Below are positions 1-9,600 of a DNA stretch of 64,000 nt, one piece after another. Positions within the stretch are counted from its first letter, which is position 1. Every line of letters begins with the position of its first letter. Both the position numbers and the translations under genes were made by a program. This DNA is from Mycobacteriales bacterium (GTDB taxonomy: Bacteria > Actinomycetota > Actinomycetes > Mycobacteriales > QHCA01): assembly GCA_038329965.1 (NCBI GenBank), contig JBBQNN010000006.1, positions 26,357 to 90,356 on the forward strand, in the 5' to 3' direction. The notes below the pieces were generated by a model. That model saw nothing but the letters and a program-made list of their open reading frames with translations, was not told the origin of the DNA and made no database searches.

Positions 1-2
1 CG

Positions 3-1031
3 GTGCTCAACCAGCTCGAGCGACTGCTGAAGCAAGCCGAGTTGGCCAATGACTCTCGGCTCGCAGCGAGAATAGGCGCACACCTCGCCTACGTTAATGC
101 TCTCCTCGGAAAGCGGTACTCGCTGGGTGATTATGTCTTTAAAACCCAAGGGTGTCGACCCGCCGGCTGGCCTGAAGAATATGTGGTCGAGCGCGGCGAA
201 ATGGCACGAAGCTGCCTCAATGCGATGGGAATCGACTGGGGTGCGGACACAGAGACCCAAATTGATCAGGTAGAGGGTCGACTTGATGTTGAGTCCGCCT
301 CAGAGCTGATGCGGCAGACGGTAGCCGATCTCGATCCAGCGGTGCGGATGATGACTGGAACGAGCGCACCATACAAACTCAGCATTATCACGGCTCACGA
401 GGACGCCTATTGGGCGTATTGGCTTGACGGTGCCGGGCGTCACATACGACTGCGACTCAATCTGCGCAACGCTCGCTTTACGAAGGTACGAGCTCAACAG
501 TTCGGCCTGCACGAGGTGCTGGGGCACGGACTCCAAAGCGCCAGTTACGCCGAACAATGCGCGCAACGTGAAGTCCCCTGGGTACGCCTAATGTCCGTAC
601 ATGCCCAACACCAAGTCCTGCTCGAAGGTTTGGCTCAGGTTCTCCCACTGTTTGTCACACCCAAAGATGAAGCTTTGATTAGTCGGGTACGTCTGACCCA
701 CTACATCCAGCTCGTACGTGCCGAACTCCATATTGCCGTCAACTCGGGAACGCCAATTCAGGAGTGCGCGAGACACGCCCGGGCCCGAGTTCCATTCTGG
801 TCTGATGAAACGATCTCGGATGCACTTTCCGACAGAGGCAGCAATACACTTCTTCGCTCCTACCTCTGGTCGTACCCGGCAGGCATTGACTGGTTCGTCC
901 GACTCGCCGACGACAGCGACGCCGAAACGATCAAGCGGGTACTGCACGCCGCCTACCGCGACCCACTCACCCCGGATGACCTCACCGCCCTCTGGCCAGC
1001 CGGACCACCCGTCGGAGGCCCGGGGAAGTAG
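3..1031 (+). CDS. HEXXH-motif hypothetical protein (DUF885-like putative metallopeptidase, tentative); 5' end may lie outside window
   Basis: 342-codon ORF open to the window edge (GTG at 3). HEVLGHGLQ motif. Visibly lower GC and more A/T-ending codons than neighbours. Confidence 0.6.
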   Translation: MLNQLERLLKQAELANDSRLAARIGAHLAYVNALLGKRYSLGDYVFKTQGCRPAGWPEEYVVERGEMARSCLNAMGIDWGADTETQIDQVEGRLDVESASELMRQTVADLDPAVRMMTGTSAPYKLSIITAHEDAYWAYWLDGAGRHIRLRLNLRNARFTKVRAQQFGLHEVLGHGLQSASYAEQCAQREVPWVRLMSVHAQHQVLLEGLAQVLPLFVTPKDEALISRVRLTHYIQLVRAELHIAVNSGTPIQECARHARARVPFWSDETISDALSDRGSNTLLRSYLWSYPAGIDWFVRLADDSDAETIKRVLHAAYRDPLTPDDLTALWPAGPPVGGPGK

Positions 1032-1056
1032 CAGGCCGCCTGGCGGCGGGACGCGG

Positions 1057-3618
1057 CTAGCGGGCGATGACCGGCTGCGACCGGGACGAGGACACGCTGG
1101 TGTTCACCCCGTCGGTGGCCTGGACGACGAAGGCGTACTGCTGGCCGCTCACCAGGCCGGGGAATACCAGTGACGTGGCGGTGGGACCGGCCTGGCCGGT
1201 CTTCCTGGCCCCGCTGGAAACCCTGACGGCCACGACGATGTAGCTGGTGACGATGCAGCCGCTGTGCACGGCCGGCGTCCAGGTCGCCTTCGCCGACACG
1301 ATCTTGTCCGTCGTCGAGCCGCTGGCGGCGGTGCCGATGACGGGGGCCTTGCAACGCGTGCGCAGCGGGCTGGCCGAGCCTGGCGCGGACATGTCGGACT
1401 CGTTGCCGGCCCGGTCGGCCGCCGACACGACGTAGGTGTAGGTGGCGCCCGGGACCAACTGCCGGTCGACGAAGCTGAGGCCGGTCGGGGTGGCGATCGG
1501 GATCGGGTCGCCGTTGCGGTAGACGCGGTAGCCGCCAACGGCGACGTCGTCCGTACCGGCGGCCCAGGTCAGCCTGATCGTCGTCGAGTCGGTCGCCGTG
1601 GCCGTCAGGGCCTGCGGGGCCGACGGTGGGTTCGTGTCGGCAGACAGTACGGTCGTCGCCGGCACCTGCATCGAACGCGCGGACTCGTTGCCCGCGGCGT
1701 CGAAGGCCGACACCGAGTAGGCGTAGCTGGCACCCGAGGTGAGGCCGTTGTCGACGTAGCGCGGGCTGGTGACCCGGGCGATCGGGGTGGTCGCGCCGGC
1801 GCGGTAGACGTGGTACCCGGTGACCGCCGTGTCGTCGGTGCTGACCGTCCAGAAGAGCGTGACCCGGGTCGGGCTGTCCGCGACGGTGGTCACGGCGTCG
1901 GGTGTCGAGGGCGCGGTGACGTCATTGCTGACGACGGCCGGGGCCGTCGTGACGGTCACCGGGCTCGACCGGCCCGACAGGTTGCCGGCGCCGTCGAGTG
2001 CCTGGACCGAGTAGGCGTGCGACGAACCGGCGGCAAGGCCGGTGTCGTCGAAGATCAGTGTGGTGCTGCCCGTCGTCGCCAGCAGTACGTCGTCCCGGAA
2101 CAGGCGGTAGCCGGTCGGCCCGACGTTGTCCGCGGCAGCGTTCCAGGTGACGAGCACGCTGTTGACCCCGGTGGCCGCGGCCGCCAGCCCCGTCGGGGCC
2201 TCCGGCGCGGTGCCGTCAGGGACGCCTGCGGTGGACCCGCTCACCGGAACCGAGCCGGCGGACTCGTTGGCCGCGAAGTCGACGGCCGACACGCGGTAAC
2301 TGTGCGTCGATCCGGGAGCCACGTTGGTGTCGCTGAAGCCGGTCGCGCCCTCGACGAAGGTCAGCGGCGACGGCTGACCGTCTCGGTAGACCCGGTAGCC
2401 GCTGACACCGAAGGTGTCCGCGCTCTGCCCCCACGACAGGTCGATGCGGGTGGGCGCGACCGGCACGGCTGCGAGACCGGTCGGCGTGCTCGGCGGTGAG
2501 ACGTCCTGCGTGGCGGCCGTGGTCGCGCCGGTGACTGCGGGCGACGAGGCGTTGCCGGCCTGGTCGACCGCATCCACCGCGTAGCTGTGCGCCGACCCGG
2601 CGGCCAGTCCCGAATCGACGTACGTGGGGCTGGTGACGGTGGCAACCGGCGTAGCGGAGCCGTCCCGGAACACCCGGTAGGCGGGCCCGCCATAGGCGTC
2701 GGTAGAGGAGTCCCAGCTGAGCCGGACCGTGCCGGTGCCGGTCGCCGTGGCGACCAGGTTGACCGGCGCGGACGGCGCAACGCTGTCCGCGAGCGCCGGC
2801 CGCTCCACCTGGCCGTTGATCTGGAACAGGTTCGTCGAGATGGTGTCCACTCCTGCCCCGCCGACATCCGGGCCGGTGACGCGGAAGTAGTTGCCCGGCT
2901 GGTTGTCCGCGTCGACGATGCGGCTGCCGGTGATCGCGTGGCGGACCGGCCAACTGCCGAGGAAGCCGGCCGGAGCGGCCGGGGCGACCGCGGGATCCCA
3001 ACCGAGGAACGGGCTCGCCGGGCCGCCGAGAGCGAGTGCCGGGTTGCACCCGGCGGGTGCTCCGGGCGAGGCTGCACAACCGGCGTCCACGGTGTAGTCG
3101 ATGGACCGCAAGCCCGAGGCGGTAGCACGGAGCCGGGTCGACCCCCAGGGATAGGCGACCGTGTACAGCTGGCCAGGGACGAGGTTGTCGATGCGCAGGC
3201 GCAGCCGCCCGAAGACGGCCTGCTTGCCCGGCTCGGGACAGGCGCTCACCGTGCCGCAGTCGACGTGCCCGACGAATCCGCCGGAGAGTGACACCTGCAG
3301 GAAGGCGTTGCCGCCGCCGGCGGTCGGCATGTTGGCGTTGGCCGCGTAGTAGAAGGACTCCGTCGGCAGGTTGCCGGTGCTCACCGATGGCGGCAGGCTG
3401 GCGTTCGGGACGGTAGCGCCGGTGAAGCAGTTCGTGGTCGAGGTGATGCAGGGGCGCAGGCGCAGCCCGGTGGCGTCCTCGTACCAGGCCGGAAAGCCCG
3501 TGCTGGGGTCGATCGGGCCGATCGCCGACAGCACTGCATGCGCCGGTGCGAGCGTGGTGAGTTGCACGATGACGAGGCTGAGCAAGAGGGTCGCCAACGC
3601 GGCGGCAGTTCGCCGCAT
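1057..3618 (-). CDS. secreted fibronectin type III repeat protein (853 aa)
   Basis: Start moved to ATG 3616-3618 (MRRTAAALATLLLSLV...APAHA signal peptide; ATGA overlap with upstream stop). Five tandem ~95-aa Fn3 repeats (..L.W..S.D...V.GYRVYR.G..) plus a divergent C-terminal Fn3. The upstream part of the 1096-aa ORF is Arg/Pro-rich junk. Confidence 0.85.
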   Translation of the reverse strand: MRRTAAALATLLLSLVIVQLTTLAPAHAVLSAIGPIDPSTGFPAWYEDATGLRLRPCITSTTNCFTGATVPNASLPPSVSTGNLPTESFYYAANANMPTAGGGNAFLQVSLSGGFVGHVDCGTVSACPEPGKQAVFGRLRLRIDNLVPGQLYTVAYPWGSTRLRATASGLRSIDYTVDAGCAASPGAPAGCNPALALGGPASPFLGWDPAVAPAAPAGFLGSWPVRHAITGSRIVDADNQPGNYFRVTGPDVGGAGVDTISTNLFQINGQVERPALADSVAPSAPVNLVATATGTGTVRLSWDSSTDAYGGPAYRVFRDGSATPVATVTSPTYVDSGLAAGSAHSYAVDAVDQAGNASSPAVTGATTAATQDVSPPSTPTGLAAVPVAPTRIDLSWGQSADTFGVSGYRVYRDGQPSPLTFVEGATGFSDTNVAPGSTHSYRVSAVDFAANESAGSVPVSGSTAGVPDGTAPEAPTGLAAAATGVNSVLVTWNAAADNVGPTGYRLFRDDVLLATTGSTTLIFDDTGLAAGSSHAYSVQALDGAGNLSGRSSPVTVTTAPAVVSNDVTAPSTPDAVTTVADSPTRVTLFWTVSTDDTAVTGYHVYRAGATTPIARVTSPRYVDNGLTSGASYAYSVSAFDAAGNESARSMQVPATTVLSADTNPPSAPQALTATATDSTTIRLTWAAGTDDVAVGGYRVYRNGDPIPIATPTGLSFVDRQLVPGATYTYVVSAADRAGNESDMSAPGSASPLRTRCKAPVIGTAASGSTTDKIVSAKATWTPAVHSGCIVTSYIVVAVRVSSGARKTGQAGPTATSLVFPGLVSGQQYAFVVQATDGVNTSVSSSRSQPVIAR

Positions 3619-5144
3619 CAGCTGAGTTCGAGAAGTGGGAAGCTGCGCCGGGACCGCGACGGAGCAAGGAAGTTCTGCCGCCGCGTGGCCGTGATACGCG
3701 GCTCGAGTCCCACGTCGCCGGGCTCGACCTTGAACTCGGCGACGAGGTCCGTCGCAGCCTGGTTGACGCGCATCCGCCGGAAATGGTCGGCTGTGGGCAC
3801 GAACGCGGAGAAGTGCAGCTTGGGCTGCTTGGAGCCGTCGGGCACGTCGAGCTCGTCGTAGCCGGGGCCGTCCACCCGGATGTGGATCGGTGTGCCGTCG
3901 GCCGCCCGGGACGAGCGGTGCAGGCAGCTGATGTGACCCAGGATCTTGTGCGTGGAGACCTGCTGCGGGCCGCTGCCGCTGGGCAACCAGCTGCCGGCCG
4001 TGCAACCCGCGCGCGCGTCGTCGGTGCCCTTGTAGGTGTTCGGGAGAAAGGTCGGACCGCCACCGTCGGTGAACTGATCGTCGTTGCCGAACGACGGCGG
4101 GTCGTTGGGGCGGTACATGTACTGCACCCGTTCCAGGTATGCCAGGTCCGCTCCGAACTCCCCTGAGTCGTCGACGAGGTAGAAGGCCGCCAGGTCCAGG
4201 ATGTTGTGGTTCAGCACCTGGATCGAACCGTTGTAGAAGTAGTCGCCGGCGATGGTGTCGGTGAGCCTCGCCGACTTGTTGCCCTGGAACGTGCAGATGG
4301 GGGGTGGCCCGAACGCGTTCGCCACCTGGTCGGCGAATCCCATCCACATCGGGGAATCGGGGTGGATCCGATTGGCGTAAGGCAGTGCGTCCTTGTCGGC
4401 GATCCGCCGGGGCATGCCGGGGCCGCCGAACATCACGCGGGCCGTGGTGATGTTGAGCAGCCCCGTGAACTTCGGCGACTGCACCGTGACGGCGTTGAGC
4501 TGGTTGCTGCCCTGCAGCCAGGCCTGCACCTCGTACAGCTTGGTCAGCGAGTCACTGCGCAGGGTGATGAGCATGTCGTTGGCCTCGATCCGCACCGGTA
4601 CGCGGAAGAAGCGCTTGTTGACCCCGGGGTTGCTCGGATGGATGTCACTCGGCCCCGGCACCGCCTCTTCCAGGGCGAACCGGCTGCGGTCGCTGAGCAG
4701 CTTCGGCATCCGCGGGGACACGACCGGGCCGGTCATGCCGCCACGCAGGCGGTTGAAGTACGGGATGCCGTACGAGGTATGGACGTACACCCCGGCCGGG
4801 CTGTTGGGGTACCAGCTCTCGATGGAGGCGAGCGCCTTGGTCAGTACGGTCTTGTCGGCCAGGGTGGGCATCCGGGTCAGTGTCACCGTGAGGAACAACG
4901 TGTAGACCGGGCCGAACCCGAACATCGTGCCGTCGATGTTGACCGGCGGCGCGAGCGTGGCGCCGATGTCGAACTGGATCGGCGGCCGGGCAGCGGTGGC
5001 CGCCGTTGCCGCCAGGGCGGCCCGCAGAGGTCCCGGGCCGGCGACGTCGAGCAGGCTGAGGGCGGAGGCGGCGAGCCCCGCTCCCGCGAGCTTGAGAATC
5101 GTGCGCCTGGCGATATCGGTGCTCTCGGTCGTGGCCTGAGCCAT
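3618..5144 (-). CDS. Tat-signal secreted protein, DyP-type-peroxidase-like (tentative)
   Basis: Start at ATG 5142-5144 (MAQATTESTDIARRTILKLAGAGLAASAL, twin-arginine signal). 508 aa. Patchy by-eye resemblance to the DyP/EfeB layout (ANDMLITLRSD, MWMGFADQ, NGSIQVLNHNILDL, KLHFSAF). Confidence 0.75.
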   Translation of the reverse strand: MAQATTESTDIARRTILKLAGAGLAASALSLLDVAGPGPLRAALAATAATAARPPIQFDIGATLAPPVNIDGTMFGFGPVYTLFLTVTLTRMPTLADKTVLTKALASIESWYPNSPAGVYVHTSYGIPYFNRLRGGMTGPVVSPRMPKLLSDRSRFALEEAVPGPSDIHPSNPGVNKRFFRVPVRIEANDMLITLRSDSLTKLYEVQAWLQGSNQLNAVTVQSPKFTGLLNITTARVMFGGPGMPRRIADKDALPYANRIHPDSPMWMGFADQVANAFGPPPICTFQGNKSARLTDTIAGDYFYNGSIQVLNHNILDLAAFYLVDDSGEFGADLAYLERVQYMYRPNDPPSFGNDDQFTDGGGPTFLPNTYKGTDDARAGCTAGSWLPSGSGPQQVSTHKILGHISCLHRSSRAADGTPIHIRVDGPGYDELDVPDGSKQPKLHFSAFVPTADHFRRMRVNQAATDLVAEFKVEPGDVGLEPRITATRRQNFLAPSRSRRSFPLLELS

Positions 5145-5193
5145 GGTGCGTGCCCTTCGGATCGAGGAAGTGCCGGGGGCGGTCACGTGCCGA

Positions 5194-5862
5194 TCAGTGC
5201 TGGTGCGGGGCGGCGGGTGCCTTGACGACGTTGGTACGGCCCAGACCGATCCGAGTGAGGCCGCCACCTGCCGGGTCGGCGTACTGCAGCCACAGCGCCG
5301 AGCCGTTGGTCGCCGTCACGAAGGTGACGCGGGCGTCCACGCTGGTACCGGGAGCGAGCAGCCCCGCCTGCAGCGTCGTGTTGGTCGCTTTGATGGGCTT
5401 GCCGACGGGTGCCGTGCCGGGCCCGACCAGGAGCTTGAACTGCCCGGCGTCGAACCCCACGGCGCGCTTGCTGGTGTTGGTGAGGCTGACCACGACATCC
5501 ACCTCGACGCTGCCAGTGCCGACGAGGTTGGACACGCCGTGCGACATTCCGCCCAGATCCTCACTCGACAATCCATTGTTGAGCAGGGCCTCGGAGGCGG
5601 TGAGCGAGCCGAAACTGGTGCGGATCGGCTGACCGAGCGTGAGGCTGGTCGATGCAGGGTTGGCGAGCGTGATCGAAGTCGCTGTCCGGCCGGTGTGTCG
5701 AAGCAGGGGGACGGCGAGGCTGATGCCCGCCACCATCACCGTCACGAGGGCGAACATCGCGACGACCAGCAGCGCTGAGCCGGCCCTCGAAACGCTCTCG
5801 TGGGCACTGTTGCGGCTCGGCCCGGGGTTCGACCGGCGGGGACTCGTGGTGGTCAGCGCCAT
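5194..5862 (-). CDS. membrane-anchored DUF4352-like beta-sandwich protein
   Basis: Start at ATG 5860-5862 (MALTTTSPRR...). One TM helix (ALLVVAMFALVTVMVAGISLAV), then a pattern like VVVSLTNTSKRAVGFDAGQFKLL...ARVTFVTA. The longer 475-aa ORF upstream is compositionally junk. Confidence 0.65.
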   Translation of the reverse strand: MALTTTSPRRSNPGPSRNSAHESVSRAGSALLVVAMFALVTVMVAGISLAVPLLRHTGRTATSITLANPASTSLTLGQPIRTSFGSLTASEALLNNGLSSEDLGGMSHGVSNLVGTGSVEVDVVVSLTNTSKRAVGFDAGQFKLLVGPGTAPVGKPIKATNTTLQAGLLAPGTSVDARVTFVTATNGSALWLQYADPAGGGLTRIGLGRTNVVKAPAAPHQH

Positions 5863-5954
5863 GTGCAGTGTCTCCTCGAAGGTCTGTGTCGCAGACGGTG
5901 AGTGCTTCGAGGAGGACGATCCCGGATGGACCTTGTGGAAAGGTTCGGCTGAGG

Positions 5955-6551
5955 TCAGTGCAGGCGCCACGGTCCAGGGAGGTCGTGGGTCTGCTCGAAG
6001 TTGATCGTGTGGCCGGTCAGGCTGTCCGGCGTCACCCAGGTCACCCAGCCCCGGGCGCAGCCGGCCTTGGTGGACGCGTTGGGAAAGGCCGGCTGAGGGA
6101 ACTGCGGGTGCTGCACCTTGGTCGTCTGCGCGACGCGCCCGTCGGCAGCTTCGAGCACCCACGCCGGATAGTCGAAGACCACCGGCTTGGACCGGCACAC
6201 CAAGATGTCGGCGCTGGCCCAGTGCGTCGCGGGCGTTATCGGCCTGATGCCTGCTCCGGGCGCAACGTGGTCCCGGAAGGCGTAGACCGTGATGTGGATC
6301 GGCACGTCGCCGGTGCCAGGGCCGAATGCATTCGACGCCACGACGGCCTGCGTCGTGCCGAGCGGCACGGAGGGCACCTGCTGGGTGGCCGCCTGCGGCG
6401 GCTGCTTGGCAGCCGGGTCGGCCTTCGGGCCCCCACTGGAGCACGCGCTGAACAAGACGAGCACCGGCAGCAGGCAGGCGACGGTGCGCCGCAGCCGTCG
6501 ACCTTCGCGGGTGACCTGGCGATGCCTCTGGCCCGTTGTCTCGCGCGACAC
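5955..6551 (-). CDS. lipoprotein of unknown function
   Basis: GTG 6549-6551 preceded by AAGGAG at 7-nt spacing. Lipobox LVLFSAC|SSG. 198 aa. Confidence 0.65.
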   Translation of the reverse strand: MSRETTGQRHRQVTREGRRLRRTVACLLPVLVLFSACSSGGPKADPAAKQPPQAATQQVPSVPLGTTQAVVASNAFGPGTGDVPIHITVYAFRDHVAPGAGIRPITPATHWASADILVCRSKPVVFDYPAWVLEAADGRVAQTTKVQHPQFPQPAFPNASTKAGCARGWVTWVTPDSLTGHTINFEQTHDLPGPWRLH

Positions 6552-6663
6552 TCCTGAATCTCCTTTCGGTGGGTATGGCCGGATTCGCCGGCGTGAGCGG
6601 AGAGGCCGGGTGCCGTGGCACCCGGTCCTCTTCGCGGCTCTCCAGTGCGAGAGTCGTGCCGTT

Positions 6664-9600
6664 CTATCGTGCCGTGGTCTGGTTGGACGTGATCGAGTAG
6701 GCACTCGCACCCACCGCATTGATGGCCCTGACTCGGAACCGGTAGTTCTTGCCGGCGACCAGTCCGGTGAACTTGAGGCTAATCGCTGCCGCGGAAATCG
6801 GCTTCGCCCACACGGTGCTCGACACAAAAGTCGACCCGTTGTACTGGTCGGCAGCCACCAGATAGCCGGTGATAGCCGATCCACCATTATCCACCGGTGC
6901 TGTCCATTTCGCCGTTGCCGATATGACGGCATCTGTCGTCACGCCATTCGCGGCGCTGCCGATCGTCGGGGCCCCCGGAACGTTCACCGGGACGGCTGGG
7001 ATGACCGCATTGGACAGCTCCGACGGCGGCCCGGTGCCCACGGCGTTCGTCGCGGTCACCGTCAGCTGGTAGGCCGTCCCGTTGGTCAGGGCTGTGACCG
7101 TCCCCGCAAGGGCAGACCCGCCGACATCGGCCGTCTTCGTGTTGCCTGCGCCGTCCACGGCGGTGACCGTGTACCCGGTGATCGGGGAGCCCCCGTCACT
7201 GGCCGGGGCAGTCCAACTGGCACTGGCGGAGCCGTTGCCGGCCGTGGCGGTGCCGATCGTCGCCGCGTCCGGTGCTACCGCCGCGATCGGCGCAGCACCG
7301 CCGACGAGGCAGACCGGGTTGCCCGAGCCGACGTTGGCACAGTCGGCCGGCCGCGGCAGGAACCGCTGCAGTCCCCAGACACCGATCGCGGTGAACGGCC
7401 GCCGCAGGTCGCCGTAGAAGTAGTCGCCGACCGCCCAGCTCTTGCCCCCGCCTGCGCCGCCGACCATCTCCGCGTCGAAGGTCTGGCCGGGCCCCAGTTG
7501 CTGGTTGGCGGTCTGCTCGCTCTTGGGCACCCACCTGTCCCGAGGAGCCGACCAGCCGCCGAGGCTGAACACGTGCGGCTGCTCGCTGCCCGGGGTGACC
7601 ATCTCGTGGACCACCATCGGATCACCCACGTAGGCCTTCAGGACCGGCGTCGCCGGGTCGGAGCCCCCCGTGTGGAACGTGCCGGCGCTGTCACCGCTGG
7701 GTGCGTTGGCGTAGTTGATGTTCGTACCGCCCGGTTCCGCCTTGTCGGGGTAGGGCATGAAGTCCTGCGACATCGCCGGATCGTTGTCAGCCAGCAGCAG
7801 GCTGAAGTCGCGATAGTCCTTCTGTGGCGTCGTGCCGACAGCCGGCACGTGGACGTCTACCTGGGTCCCGATGTCCACCGCCGCGCCGGTCTGGGGGTCG
7901 GTGAAGGTGGCCCCCCTCTCGGCGACGACCACGGAGCCGTACAGGCCCTTCTTCTGACTGTTCGGGGTGACTGTCACACCGTCGGGGGCGACCCCACCGG
8001 TGCCGGCCATGTCCACGACCGATGCGGTGCCGACGTAGTGCGTGTCGGCATAATAGATGTAGTCACGCGTCGCACCCGGTGCGGTGTTGTTGTCCGGGCT
8101 GTAGCCCACGTTGACACCGGAGGAGTCGGCGTTGCGGTCAAGCTTGCCGACCGCGAACGACACCGGGAAAGGCCGGCCGTTGGTCAGGCTGACCTTGACG
8201 CACTCGCCCTCCGCCACGTGCATCACGAGCGGCTCGGGCTTGATGCTGCCGGCCTGGACCGCCGCGGCCCGGGAACTGTCGACGAAGACCGATCGAGCCG
8301 CCCCTGGCGTGTCCACCGCGCTGATGTTGAACGCGTGCGTCGGCGCATCGGTGGGACAGGGATTGCTCGGCGTGGTCACCGCCGGAAGGGTCGACGGGTT
8401 GGTGGCGGGAGTGCTCGGGAGCGAGGTCCCCGGTAGTGGCTTGAGGCTCGAAGAGCTGCCGCCCAGGACCCGGACGATGCCCCATGCGCCTTGCTGCAGC
8501 CGGCGGTCGTCGCCGTTGTAGTACAGGTAGTCACCTGGCTTGCTCCGACCGTTGGGGCCGTTGCCCTCCAGAGCGATCGTGTACTTCTCGCTCATGCCGT
8601 ACAGGATGGTGTCCTGCAGGGTGCCCACGGTGGATGGACTCCCGTATCCCGGATCACCCTGTGTCTTGCCGGATGCGTCATAGCTGATCCGGTTGTCGAT
8701 CGTGAACCGCTGCCCGGTGAAGTGCAGCGTGTCCATCGACGGGCCGACGTTGATCGTCCGCACCACGACCGGGTCACCGGGGTACGCGCGAGGCAACGGC
8801 GTGTTGGGGTCGCCGTACTTGTACGAGGAGAAGCGGTTGGCGGCATCCGGGCGGTCCTTGAGCGGGGCCGCCTTGAGGTTCAAGGTGGAGTAGTCGCCCC
8901 GGTCGTTGTCGTCGATCGTCCACAGCGCCAGCTCGCGGAAGCTGCCGTTGACCTTGCCGGGCAGCAGGGCCTGGTAGTTGGGCGCGCTGGGGTCGACCTG
9001 GATGTCGGCGATGGTGCCCGACGCGATCGCCTGGCCGGTGGCCGGGTCGGTGTACTTCGAGCCGGCCGGCTCGACGATCAGCTGCCCGACCAGGCCGTGG
9101 CCCCAGCCGTGGATGCCGTCGACATGGTCGTGCCAGAAGATGTTGTCGAGCTGGGTGTCGGCGTACCACTCGTACTGGATGAACTCGAAGCCGGAGTACT
9201 GCCCGGTGGCGTGGGCGTTGGACAGCGGCGCGTCGAGCGTCACCGTCTTGTTAGCCGCGTCCACCCCGACGACCTGGTGCACCTCGATGCTCTCGGTGCC
9301 CATGCCCGTACCGATGAACGGCTGGGCGGCGGCGCCGTCGGCGGTCTTGGTCTGGAATTTCGCCACGCTGGACAGGTGCAGCACGTTGTCGCCCACCGCT
9401 GCGGGCGCGGTCAGGGTCGGGTCCTCGGCCGCATACGGCCGGACCGAGTGCTCGTAGGCGAACCCGGTGGACACCCCGTCCGATCCCTGCACGTCGAACT
9501 GCACGTGGTGGATGTGGATGGTCGTCTTGGAGTTGCCGTCGAACGCGCCGACGTCGGGTAGTTCATTGGTCAGCGTGATCTTGCCGCAGTCACCGACGTT

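Noticed and set aside
1264-2499. Long ORFs antisense or out of frame to better-supported genes. Examples: 1264-2499 +, 2216-4063 -, 4206-5225 +, 6289-8436 +, 9787-11652 +, 11270-12871 -, 17908-19416 +, 22473-23645 +, 41120-42877 -, 43761-44855 -, 52073-53002 -, 58446-59879 +.
   Set aside because: Their translations are Arg/Gly/Pro/His-rich and low in complexity, with no domain landmarks. They overlap ORFs that carry clear family motifs. These are typical shadow ORFs of high-GC DNA.
3619-4347. 5' extensions of track ORFs. Examples: 1057-4347, 5194-6621, 5955-6932, 17605-19641, 20498-21751, 25375-28272, 31266-32243, 33747-34883, 41800-43389, 43722-45551, 57514-58254.
   Set aside because: The extended N-termini are compositionally junk and overlap the upstream gene. 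Internal starts give proper signal peptides, RBS spacing or canonical family N-termini, so the starts were trimmed.
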